Positions 30,708 to 38,826 of a stretch of 64,000 nucleotides of DNA are shown piece by piece. The notes beneath the pieces are model-generated. The model made no database searches. It was not told where the DNA came from and saw nothing but the letters and a program-made list of their open reading frames with translations. Position 1 is the first letter of the stretch; every line of letters begins with the position of its first letter. The DNA lies in assembly GCA_964291655.2 (NCBI GenBank), contig OZ219802.1, positions 1,280,001-1,344,000 of the forward strand, in the 5' to 3' direction. The translations under genes were made by a program, and so were the position numbers. This DNA comes from Chloroflexota bacterium. Lineage in GTDB: Bacteria > Chloroflexota > UBA11872 > VXOZ01.

Positions 30708-32462
30708 TCATGTTTGCAGTACCACGTGCCGCGCCTCCGCCCCGTTGCTGCTGATTGGCACCGGCACCAAGGCATAGGTCCACCCGTAAGCCTCTTGCAG
30801 CGACACGTCCACCGCCTCACCATCCACACTGGCACGAGGAGTCTCGCCGTTTTCTAGCGGGACCATCAACGTAAATGTGCCGCTGGGCGAACTGCCGGAG
30901 ACCCGGCACGAGAAGCTCCCATTGTCCCAGGCGCTATGAGAGACCTGTGCCCGGTTGCGGGCGCGCACAAAGTCGGCCCATTCGAAAGCGCTCCAGATGG
31001 GCAGACCCAGTTCGTTTGCGTAATCCCAGCTCTGGTTCTGGTAGGCGCTGCTATAGGTGTAAAACGATACGGGATGCGAGAGCACCGTGAGCGGACTGAA
31101 ATAGCGCTCCTTTTTCTCCAGCATCACCTGGCGCGTGCGCTTGGCTTCGCCCACCGGGTCCGACGAGAGCTTGACTTTGACCGATGCGTCGTCATACGCC
31201 TGGGTCAGTTGCTGGTAGACCTCGATGATCTCGCCGTTGGTATCCACGAACTTGCCGGGATGCCCGGAGCCGTTGGTGTACTGCAGCCACTGGTCGTGGA
31301 TGCTGAGCACATTGGTATCCAATACCACGCCCACGTCCTCGTAGATGCGCGGCAGGTCGACATAGCCCTTCCAGCCAAGGCAGTGATTGCGGTTGGCAAT
31401 GACAGTCTCGCCGCCATAGTGCTCCCGGAAATAGTCGGTATCCCGTCGCACGATTTCTTCCATGACGGCATCCTGCTCTTCATTAACGTATTGCGGATCA
31501 AAGGCGTTGTGGTGGATGCCAAAGGAATGGCCGCGAGCGCGCCAGCCTTCCACTCGTTCCGGCGTCGCGATGGTGTACTTGGATGGGCCGAGCATCAGGT
31601 AAATGGTAACGTGTCCGTTGTGTGCTTCCGCCGCATTCATCAGCGCTTCGAAGGCTTCGAGCGGCGAGTAGTCGTCATCAGAGTCCAATACCACCATGCT
31701 CTTGGTCTCCGGCGTGTCGTAGTACCACAGCCGGGGCTGCGGGTGCTTAGCGATGGCATTGATGGCGTTGCCGAGCAGCATGGCATGGATGTCGGCCTGC
31801 GGCAGGTGCATGCGCCGCGTGTCCAGGTGATTGCTAAAGAATTCGTTGGGACGGTAGGGGTTGCCGAATCCCACGGTGCGCCAGCCATAGTGCACCGGAT
31901 TACCCTGGCGAATCAACGCCACCGCTTGGGCAAGGTCGTAACCGAATGCCACCACCTGTCCTTTACCAAGCGGGAAGTGCATGACTGCGGGGTATGACGT
32001 TTCGACGTCAGCATCGACGTAAATCCTGGCGATCTCTCGTGTGCCTTCCGGCAGTTGCAGCGGCTCGTAGTTGTCCACCGGCATGTGGGTCTGGATCGAC
32101 TCATGCGGCACGCCGGCGCTAATGGCATTGCCCGGCAGCGGCCGCACGTAGGCCGGATAGGCGGCGGTGTCCGTCGGCGCCAGACCAAGCTCCACAGCGA
32201 GCACGCGTGAAGGACGCAGCGCGATCAGCCGCCCGCCCGCCTTCACATAGGCCACAAGCCGCTCCACGTAGGCGCGTCGCGGCAAACTGGGCGTCAGGAC
32301 AACCGCATCATAGGCGTCAAGCCGCGCCAGAGCATCCTGGCCGATGGGCTGCACGTCGAAGTCCGCAAAACCCTCCGCCTTTAGTACTTCAGACGTATAC
32401 GGTCCATAAGTATTGGCGCGGCTACCCGGTTGGGTGAGAATCAGCATGCTCACGGGGGACAA
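30708..32462 (-). CDS. Hypothetical protein: class I GATase-like domain plus deacetylase-like domain
   Basis: LVAYVKAGGRLI, GKGQVVAFGYDL; then LDSDDD, GIHH and RNH motifs. Confidence 0.6.
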   Translation of the reverse strand: MSPVSMLILTQPGSRANTYGPYTSEVLKAEGFADFDVQPIGQDALARLDAYDAVVLTPSLPRRAYVERLVAYVKAGGRLIALRPSRVLAVELGLAPTDTAAYPAYVRPLPGNAISAGVPHESIQTHMPVDNYEPLQLPEGTREIARIYVDADVETSYPAVMHFPLGKGQVVAFGYDLAQAVALIRQGNPVHYGWRTVGFGNPYRPNEFFSNHLDTRRMHLPQADIHAMLLGNAINAIAKHPQPRLWYYDTPETKSMVVLDSDDDYSPLEAFEALMNAAEAHNGHVTIYLMLGPSKYTIATPERVEGWRARGHSFGIHHNAFDPQYVNEEQDAVMEEIVRRDTDYFREHYGGETVIANRNHCLGWKGYVDLPRIYEDVGVVLDTNVLSIHDQWLQYTNGSGHPGKFVDTNGEIIEVYQQLTQAYDDASVKVKLSSDPVGEAKRTRQVMLEKKERYFSPLTVLSHPVSFYTYSSAYQNQSWDYANELGLPIWSAFEWADFVRARNRAQVSHSAWDNGSFSCRVSGSSPSGTFTLMVPLENGETPRASVDGEAVDVSLQEAYGWTYALVPVPISSNGAEARHVVLQT

Positions 32463-32762
32463 CCTCCTGGCTTCCAGTAACGCTGTTTTTCAGAGTTTAC
32501 CAGAGGAGGATGGGCGTTGCCTGTCCTTGGCATCTGAGCCAAGAGCTCGTACAGAGTCTCCAACCGCGCTTCCGCGCGAGAGGAAATGCAACAATGTCAG
32601 AATGGCGCAGTGTCCTACCCAAGCAAGATCGTCCGCCCACCCTCACGTTTCCTCACCTTGTGACTTACTCGAAACGACGTTTCCAGGAAGGTAGACACGT
32701 CCAGTTGTAGCTAGTACTCTGGACGCTACGACAGTGGGAGCATCGAGGAGGATGCGCTTGGC

Positions 32763-34292
32763 ATGTTGACCGCGTGGGTGCTCATCGTCTTCTTAGCCTA
32801 TTTTGCGGCGCTCATTGGCATTGCGGTCTTTCGCAGCCGCCAGATGCAGGAGATGTCGGACTACGTGCTCGCCGGCCGTAAGGTTGGCAGCTTTACCTCG
32901 GCGTTAAGTTCCAGTTCGTCTTCTACCAGTGGGTGGACTATGCTCGTCTTCCCGGCGCTGGCATTCATGAATGGCGCCGTGGAGTTCTGGACGGTATTTA
33001 GCATAGTCTTTGGCTTTTGGTTGACGTGGGCCATTTATGCCAAGCGGCTCCGCCGGTATACGATCGCGACGGACAACTCACTTACCTTTCCTGAGTTTTT
33101 CGAGAAGCGCTTTGGGGACAAATGGGGCGTGCTGCGCACGCTTTCAGCCGCGATTGCCCTTTTCTTCATCATCTTTTACATTAGCTCCGGCCTGATCGCC
33201 GGATCCAAGCTGCTGAATACGGTATTTGGCCTCGAGGGCATTGTGGGTATTTTGGTGACTCTCGTGGCTGTCGCATCGTATACCTTCATTGGCGGTTTTC
33301 TCGCCGTTTCCCGCACCGACGTCTTCCAAGCCATTATCATGTTGGCCGGCTTCATCATCTTGCCAATTTCGTTGCTATTCCTCACCTCCGATCCTTTACA
33401 GGGCCTGGAGGGCACGGCCGCCGGCTTTTGGAATCCGTTTACAGACGCGTCCGGCGAGGGCGTCACGGTCACCTTCCTGCTTTCGACAGCCGGCTGGGGC
33501 TTGGGCGCCTTTGGCTCGTTGCGCATACTGCAGCGCTTCATGGCGGTGGAAAGCGAAAGGCGTATACGGCCCAGCCGCGATATCGGCACGCTTTGGGCAT
33601 CGCTCATCTTCATGTTTGGCCTCATGCTGGGGCTGGTAGCCTTGCCGGCCCTTGGCGAAGTTGGGAGGCTCGATGAAGTCACCGCCGATCCGGAGCGCCT
33701 CTATCTAGTCGCCGCGACCGCCTTCTTCCCGCCGATCATTGCGGGGGTCCTGCTGTCGGCCGTAATCGCCGCCGTCATGAGTACGGCGGACTCACAACTG
33801 CTCTTGGCCTCGGCCATGGCGACTGACGACTTACCGTTCATCCGGCGCTACGCCTACGCCAAACGGTACGTCTTCGTGCTCGGCGCCTTTGCACGCGTCT
33901 GGTTGGGCCGCTTCCTGCTGGTCGTGGTCGGCGTCATCGCGGCCCTCTTGTCCATCTTCAACCCCGATTCGGTGTTCAATCTGGTTTCCTATGCCTGGGG
34001 CGGCATGGGCGCGGCCTTCGGACCCCTGCTCTTGCTCGCGCTTTATTGGCGCCGCTTCAACTTTTGGGGAGCACTCACGTCCATGCTCACCGGCACGGTC
34101 GTTGCCTCGATTTGGGGCTACTCTTCCGGCGGCCCCGGCGGCATTATGGACATCCAACCCGCCACACCGGGTTTCCTCATCGCCATTCCCTTTGCCGTCG
34201 TTGTCACGTTGCTCACGGCCAAACCTTCTGAAAAGATGACAGAAGTGTTCGACGACGTGGCTACCGGCTGGTCCGCTGCGCGCGAGACCTAA
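32763..34292 (+). CDS. putP: Sodium/proline symporter (SSS family)
   Basis: DYVLAGR, SGW, YTFIGGFLAVSRTD, AAVMSTADSQLL, LVSYAWGG. Confidence 0.85.
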   Translation: MLTAWVLIVFLAYFAALIGIAVFRSRQMQEMSDYVLAGRKVGSFTSALSSSSSSTSGWTMLVFPALAFMNGAVEFWTVFSIVFGFWLTWAIYAKRLRRYTIATDNSLTFPEFFEKRFGDKWGVLRTLSAAIALFFIIFYISSGLIAGSKLLNTVFGLEGIVGILVTLVAVASYTFIGGFLAVSRTDVFQAIIMLAGFIILPISLLFLTSDPLQGLEGTAAGFWNPFTDASGEGVTVTFLLSTAGWGLGAFGSLRILQRFMAVESERRIRPSRDIGTLWASLIFMFGLMLGLVALPALGEVGRLDEVTADPERLYLVAATAFFPPIIAGVLLSAVIAAVMSTADSQLLLASAMATDDLPFIRRYAYAKRYVFVLGAFARVWLGRFLLVVVGVIAALLSIFNPDSVFNLVSYAWGGMGAAFGPLLLLALYWRRFNFWGALTSMLTGTVVASIWGYSSGGPGGIMDIQPATPGFLIAIPFAVVVTLLTAKPSEKMTEVFDDVATGWSAARET

Positions 34293-34372
34293 CGCGAAAC
34301 GGCGTTGAGGGAAAGATTGCACAGGCAGCTTTGGGCACTCCGTAGCGGCCAGGACTCCATCTTATAGAACAA

Positions 34373-34392
34373 CACCCGCCTTGCGGCGGGTG
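34373..34392. terminator. Hairpin between convergent putP and NIF3-like genes
   Basis: CACCCGCC-TTGC-GGCGGGTG. Confidence 0.5.
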
Positions 34393-34431
34393 ATTGCTAT
34401 ACAAGCATCGCTTCGAACTGGCGCTTGCCCT

Positions 34432-35448
34432 TTAGTGTCTCAGCGACCTGATAATCGGACCCTCTGCCAACATCTGCGCGAGTTGCCCGGCGCGGTCAAC
34501 CCGTCCGAAATAGTTGCAGGGAATGACGTCGAACGGCTCCAGGCGGCGCATGAGTTCATCGAGCAGCAAGTTCTGGCCGATATTGTCAGTGGCGTAGTGA
34601 GGCAAACGCACCAGGGCGATGCCGTGCTCGCGGCAGGCCGCTACTGTCTCCGACCCCGCCGAGACTTGCACCACAGTTTGCACGCCAGCCTTTGCCAGCA
34701 ACGGAAATGCGCTGGGCGGATAGGCGTAGCCGCCGGCAAACTTCGCGTGCATGCGTCCGGTGAGCTGCGCCGGGTCGCCCGTCATGATACGGGGCACCGC
34801 GCCGATGCGCGCGGCTTCCTGCATTTCCGGTAGCGTCAGCATGAGTTCTACGACGTCGCCGACGGTCTCCGGCTCTTCGCGCGCAAAGAGCGCGTTGATG
34901 TATTGCCGGTGCGCATAGTCAACCGGTGTATGAATGCATGCCAGCGGATACCCAAGCAACTGCGCGGTATCGGGCCCGATGCGGTGCATGTCTTCGTGCT
35001 CCCGCAAGCGTGCCGCCATGAAGTCGAAGATGCAGGCGCGCGCCTCAGTTTCGGGTACACCTTCCCAAATGAGATAGTCGGCGTTGACCTCCATGAAGTC
35101 GGCGACGAGCGAAGCTGAGATGCCGACACTGTTCGTATGGTGGGAAATGAATGCGTCTATTGGGGTGCCCTTTGCCGCCAGTTGTACCCCAAGCAGCATC
35201 TCTTGCACGTGCAGGTTAATGCCGACGAGCGCAGTGCGAATCGGTGTTTCTGCCGGGCCGTGGGATATGCGCACGTCGCCGTAGGGATTACGAAAGCGCT
35301 CCTGATCGTAGAGTGCCTGCTGCCAAGCAGGCAGAGCGGCATACTCGTCGCGGCGTCGCTGTAGTTGGCGCTCTATGGCCGCCTGACCCCTGGGGTCAAG
35401 CTCGCGGCCGATTTCGATGGACGTCTCGTACAAATCACGTAGAGTCAT
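34432..35448 (-). CDS. NIF3/DUF34-like metal-binding protein (paralog 1)
   Basis: DPRG, NPYGD, ISHH, CIHTPVD, H-x-x-x-DNIGQNLLLD. Confidence 0.75.
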   Translation of the reverse strand: MTLRDLYETSIEIGRELDPRGQAAIERQLQRRRDEYAALPAWQQALYDQERFRNPYGDVRISHGPAETPIRTALVGINLHVQEMLLGVQLAAKGTPIDAFISHHTNSVGISASLVADFMEVNADYLIWEGVPETEARACIFDFMAARLREHEDMHRIGPDTAQLLGYPLACIHTPVDYAHRQYINALFAREEPETVGDVVELMLTLPEMQEAARIGAVPRIMTGDPAQLTGRMHAKFAGGYAYPPSAFPLLAKAGVQTVVQVSAGSETVAACREHGIALVRLPHYATDNIGQNLLLDELMRRLEPFDVIPCNYFGRVDRAGQLAQMLAEGPIIRSLRH

Positions 35449-35566
35449 TCATGTGCTCCCATGCCCCAGCCCAATCGCTATACCGCGCTCATGCCCGTCT
35501 CACTGCAAGATCGAAACTATGCGTCGAAGAAGGCGTACAATCACCCTCTCCCCAATCCACTCCCAC

Positions 35567-35576
35567 AGTGTACACT
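35567..35576. promoter_or_regulatory. Palindrome AGTGTACACT (candidate operator)
   Basis: Identical 10-mer at 38640-38649. Confidence 0.35.
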
Positions 35577-35719
35577 CCCATCTGTACAATGGGTGAGTGC
35601 CTCGACTCCGGTTAGAGGGACCAATGAGGATGCTATTCTTACCCGCGTTTCGCATCCTGACCGGACGGCAGGCCACGGAAACCCGACAGGAAGCCATCGT
35701 TTCCGGCGAGGCAGGGAAG

Positions 35720-37078
35720 ATGTTGCGGCGAGTTGCGATTGTTGGCGGAGGTATTTCAGGTCTGGCCGCCGCCTGGGCGCTTAGTCATCACCCGGACCGC
35801 TTTGACTTCCGGCTGTACGAGGCGCAGGCCCAGATTGGCGGGAATGCGATTACGGCCGATATGCCGCAGGAAGACGGCTCCTCAATCCCTTTCGACATTT
35901 CCGTCACCGCCTGTATCCCGTCGGTCTACCATCACATTCTCTTGCTGATGGAGCAATTTGGCATTGATCTGATCGATACCAAGTTTAGCTACAGCGTGAA
36001 ATACCGCGGCCAAGTGTATGCCCACGACTTCGATTCCGAAATTAGAGAGCAACTGCGGTTCGAGATCCAGAAGTTCCAGCAACTCCTGCGGCGTCTCCAC
36101 TGGTTTGGCGGGCTGACTCGTTCCCAGTCGAAGCTGCTCAACGCTCTCAACCCCTTCAACTACCTAAGCATGGGGACGCTGCTGAATTGGGGAGCCTATT
36201 CCGGTGATTTCAGATTCAAGATTCTGAAGCCGATGTTCGTCAATTTTCTCATGGCGACGAACGTGTTCGATATGCCCGCGTCGCTCTTTGCGCGGTATCT
36301 TGAATTCTTCGACATCGAGAGCGCCACGCCGATGCAGACGTGGGACCAGGGAACGCGGCGTATCTACGAGAATCTATCGGCTGGTTTCCAAGACAAGATC
36401 TACCTCAGTAGGCCGGTACGCAAGGTGTGTCGACAGGAATCCCGCGTCGTGGTGGAGGACGAAGCCGGTGGCCGAGAGGTCTACGATGAAGTCATCTTCG
36501 CCTGCAACGCGAACCAGACGCTGATGATCCTCGACAAGCCCACGTTTCTGGAGCGGTATATTCTCTCTTCAATTCGCTACGAGAGCGAGCTGCACAACCA
36601 CACCGTCGTCCACTCGGATTCCTCAGTCTTGCCGGACAACGAGGTGAAGCCTCTGACAACCCGGAGCAATCACATCGAACAGTACGGCGCCAGGCCGGAC
36701 AACTATGAAATCACGTACATCATGCACAACCAGCAACCGTGGGCTAATCGCTCGGATAAGCCGTGCCTGGTGACGTATAACCCGATCAGTCCCATCGATG
36801 AGCGAAAGGTCGTGAAGAAGTGGTGGTTTCAGCACATCGTCCACGACGTGCGTCACGTCGCGTGGCTCGTGAACATCTTTCGCTTCATTCAGGGCAAGCG
36901 GCGGACGTGGCACTGCGGCGCGCACACCCTGGTCAACAGTCAAGAGACCTGCTTCGTGACCGGGCTCGCAGCGGCACGGCAGCTCGGTGCGAACTACCCC
37001 TTTGACAATCCCGGGGCAAGGCGCATGTTCAACTACTACGGCAGGATCATGTACGGTTGGCGCTTCAGGAAGGCGTAG
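35720..37078 (+). CDS. FAD-dependent oxidoreductase (COG2907/amine-oxidase-like)
   Basis: VAIVGGGISGLAAAW, YEA..IGG, YDEVIFAC, VHSD, QGKRRTWHCGAH, QETCFVTGL. Confidence 0.8.
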   Translation: MLRRVAIVGGGISGLAAAWALSHHPDRFDFRLYEAQAQIGGNAITADMPQEDGSSIPFDISVTACIPSVYHHILLLMEQFGIDLIDTKFSYSVKYRGQVYAHDFDSEIREQLRFEIQKFQQLLRRLHWFGGLTRSQSKLLNALNPFNYLSMGTLLNWGAYSGDFRFKILKPMFVNFLMATNVFDMPASLFARYLEFFDIESATPMQTWDQGTRRIYENLSAGFQDKIYLSRPVRKVCRQESRVVVEDEAGGREVYDEVIFACNANQTLMILDKPTFLERYILSSIRYESELHNHTVVHSDSSVLPDNEVKPLTTRSNHIEQYGARPDNYEITYIMHNQQPWANRSDKPCLVTYNPISPIDERKVVKKWWFQHIVHDVRHVAWLVNIFRFIQGKRRTWHCGAHTLVNSQETCFVTGLAAARQLGANYPFDNPGARRMFNYYGRIMYGWRFRKA

Positions 37079-37532
37079 GGCTGCATGCCGCGGCTGCTCC
37101 TGAGTGTCTCAACCCTGTCAGCGAGTCTTGCCGCGACACCGCCCGCTAGCAAACCGTAGCACGGAAGCTTGTCCCCCGCTGGAGCGGCTGCGCCAGGGCG
37201 GAGAAGATGGATTCCCGCGTGCGCGGGAATGACGGATGCGGTCAGCTTCCGTGGCAATGACGGATACTGCCCGCTTCCGCCGTGGCACGGCAATGACCGA
37301 TGCTCTCCGCTTCCGCCGTAGCGCGGGGGCTTGTCCCCCGCTCTTGTGCTTGAGCACGAAGGCTGAAGACCCGGTGGTGAAATGTGGTTGCGGGAAAGAG
37401 AAGATGAATTCCGGCTTGCACCGGAATGACGGACTGGGGTGTTGCCTGGTTTAAAGAGCTGGCGGGCCGATTCTTAAAGAGTCGACACAACCGATTACGC
37501 AACTTGGGGCTGTGCAAACTCCCGCTGAGGCA

Positions 37533-38585
37533 TCAAGAAGTCGCGTTGCCGTTTTCGCTCACGTCGGAATAGAATTGGGCGCAGTAGCGACGGTACCTGG
37601 TGATCTCGCCGTCGGAACGGCAGAGGCGCGGGCGGGACTGATACCGTTTGCGGCTCCAAATGACCTCATCTTGCCGTACTTCCCATACTTGCTGCGACGC
37701 GGTAAACCAGTTCATGATTGGCGCGCGCATGCCCACCGGCAGAAATCCCAGGCCTGCGAGCCAGCGTTTCGGCTTGCGCAACTCCCGCACTTGCGAGGCC
37801 AGCGACATGTCGATGAACGTGCCGTCCACCGGTGTCGCCAGCACCCAGAGACGCATGTCCATACCGATCGAGTGTTCGCGAATGTCCACGAATGAGTAGC
37901 CAAGCCCGTGGACATGCGTGTCGGCGGTAAGATCAAACGTGAGTTTTGCGACTCTCGCAATCGAACGGGTGGACCTGAAGTTGAAACGGCTCCTCAGATA
38001 GGGACCGTCCACAGACACCGGCTCAATACGTTCCACCTTGCCAAAGCCGTGGATGTAGCGCAGGTGGGCCAGGTCCACCGCGTTTTCCGAAGTCTCCTGG
38101 GGATGGCCGGCAAAGCGCACCGTGCGGATCGCGAGATCGCACCAATCGTCATCGTCGGACGCAACCGCGGGTAGGTGCCATTGCGGCTCCCGATCTTGAA
38201 TGCCATACCACGCAAAGATCATGCCGACGATCTCCTGCGTCTCAAACACCCGCAGGACAGTGTGCCGTGGCGCCGGGGCATACGGCGTGGCCACGCACGT
38301 GCCGGTGGCATCGAACTCATAGCCGTGAAATGGACATACCAGCCGGCCATCACGCACGCGCCCCCCGGCAGCAGGGCTCAGGTCGGAGCCCAGGTGCGGG
38401 CAATAGGCCTCGGCAACGCAGATTTGGCCACTATCGTCGCAATACACGACGATGTTCTCACCCATCCAGGTCTTGTGGATGAGCTTTTCTTTCTCGATGT
38501 CCTTGCGGCTGGCGACGAAGTACCAACCCTCCGGAAATGGAGAAGGTATGGCAGCAGACACGAGCATGGGGGAGGAGGTTTGCAT
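37533..38585 (-). CDS. Rieske oxygenase, cholesterol 7-desaturase (Neverland/DAF-36)/KshA-like
   Basis: CPHLG...CPFHG Rieske cluster; ENAVDLAHLRYIH mononuclear Fe motif; DEVIWSRKRY..P.LC..DG.I..YRRYCAQFY tail. Confidence 0.85.
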   Translation of the reverse strand: MQTSSPMLVSAAIPSPFPEGWYFVASRKDIEKEKLIHKTWMGENIVVYCDDSGQICVAEAYCPHLGSDLSPAAGGRVRDGRLVCPFHGYEFDATGTCVATPYAPAPRHTVLRVFETQEIVGMIFAWYGIQDREPQWHLPAVASDDDDWCDLAIRTVRFAGHPQETSENAVDLAHLRYIHGFGKVERIEPVSVDGPYLRSRFNFRSTRSIARVAKLTFDLTADTHVHGLGYSFVDIREHSIGMDMRLWVLATPVDGTFIDMSLASQVRELRKPKRWLAGLGFLPVGMRAPIMNWFTASQQVWEVRQDEVIWSRKRYQSRPRLCRSDGEITRYRRYCAQFYSDVSENGNATS

Positions 38586-38615
38586 AACTGAAATCCGGAC
38601 ACACTAAGTTGAGGA

Positions 38616-38655
38616 TTGACATGTGAGTGTCTGTCGGGTAGTGTACACTTATAAT
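38616..38655 (+). promoter_or_regulatory. Putative promoter in the divergent Rieske/P450 intergenic region
   Basis: TTGACA (38616)-17-TAGTGT (38639) overlapping AGTGTACACT, followed by TATAAT at 38650. Confidence 0.5.
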
Positions 38656-38826
38656 AACATATGTCGTGTACATCCCCTACTGCCGCTAGGTTTACTATTG
38701 CCAGCGACTACATTTCGCTTCCCAATTTTCGCCCTACCCATTGCCCGTGAAGCCGAGTCATCACTTTCCGGTGGTGCGATGCGCCAGGGCGATCTGGACC
38801 AATCCTGACCCCTGGAGGCAACGCAA

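Noticed and set aside
28808-30754. 648-aa plus-strand ORF and other long antisense ORFs (e.g. 1863-3107, 17249-18508, 57242-58378, 60289-61311)
   Set aside because: Shadow frames of well-supported genes in GC-rich DNA, with no motifs.
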